64,000 nucleotides of DNA from Isurus oxyrinchus (Eukaryota). The position numbers were made by a program, and so were the translations under genes. The notes below the pieces were generated by a model. The model made no database searches and was not told where the DNA came from. It saw nothing but the letters and a program-made list of their open reading frames with translations. The stretch spans positions 4,092,001 to 4,156,000 of the forward strand of contig JANJGN010000052.1 of NCBI GenBank assembly GCA_026770705.1. The letters run 5' to 3'. This document shows positions 63,335-64,000 of the stretch, in pieces (positions within the stretch are counted from its first letter, which is position 1; each line of letters begins with the position of its first letter).

Positions 63335-64000
63335 AGGGTTGTTCCGGCTGGAGGAGGTTACAGAGATCGGGAGGGTTGTAGAGGCTGTAGGAGGTAACAG
63401 AGATAGGGAGGATTCTAGAGGCTGTAGGAGGTTACAGAGATAGGGAGGGTTGTAGGGGCTGTAGGAGGTTACAGAGATAGGGAGGTGAGTAGGGGCTGTA
63501 GGAGGTTAAAGAGATGGGGGGGTTGTGGGGGCTGGAGGAGGTTACAGAGGTAGGGAGGGTTGTAGAGGCTGGAGGAGGTTACCAAAATAGATACTGTTGT
63601 AGGGGCCACAGTAGGTTACAGAGATAGGGAGAGTTATAGTGTGGAGAGGACGTTATAGAGTTCATGAGCATTGTAGGGGCTGGAGGAGGTTACAGTGATT
63701 CTGAGGGTCGTGGGGCCTGGAGGAGGTTACAGAGATAGGGAGGGTTGTAGGGTCTGGAGGAGGTTACAGAGATAGGGAGGGTTGTAGGGTCTGGAGCAGG
63801 TTACAGAGATAGGGAGGGTTGTAGGGTCTAGAGGAGGTTACAGTGATCATGAGGGTTGTGGGGCCTGGGGGAGGTTACAGAGATAGGTAGGGTTGTAGGG
63901 GCTGGAGGAGGTTACAGAGATAGGGAGGTTTATAGGGGCTGGAGGAGGTTACAGAGATAGGGAGGGTTGTAGGGGCTGGAGGAGGTTACGGAGATAGGGA
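63335..64000. repeat. 37-bp minisatellite, G-rich orientation (probable hepcidin intron 1)
   Basis: Directly visible; inverted paralog of the 47110-48520 array. Confidence 0.93.

Overview
Eukaryotic, intron-rich vertebrate DNA. The CR1/L2, Penelope, tRNA-SINE and LTR repeat content suggests a cartilaginous fish (inference). The window is a rearranged Siglec (MAG/CD22/CD33-like) cluster next to hepcidin. In order: (1) the cytoplasmic-tail exons of an upstream receptor with three YxN motifs; (2) an apparently intact inhibitory Siglec (leader, TWO tandem V-set exons, four C2 exons, uncharged TM, and TWO duplicated cytoplasmic cassettes, one ITIM+ITSM and one ITSM only); (3) a divergent Siglec leader plus V exon cut off by Gypsy gag sequence just before the sialic-acid-binding Arg; (4) a hepcidin-type promoter and exon 1 sitting directly upstream of a broken copy of the Siglec ectodomain that ends in an Arg-containing, activating-type TM exon; (5) a minus-strand hepcidin (exon 3 frameshifted, probable exon 2, exon 1 probably beyond the window). 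Exon boundaries were read by eye from AG/GT sites and phase continuity, with no transcript data or database searches. Most ORF-track entries are repeat artefacts.
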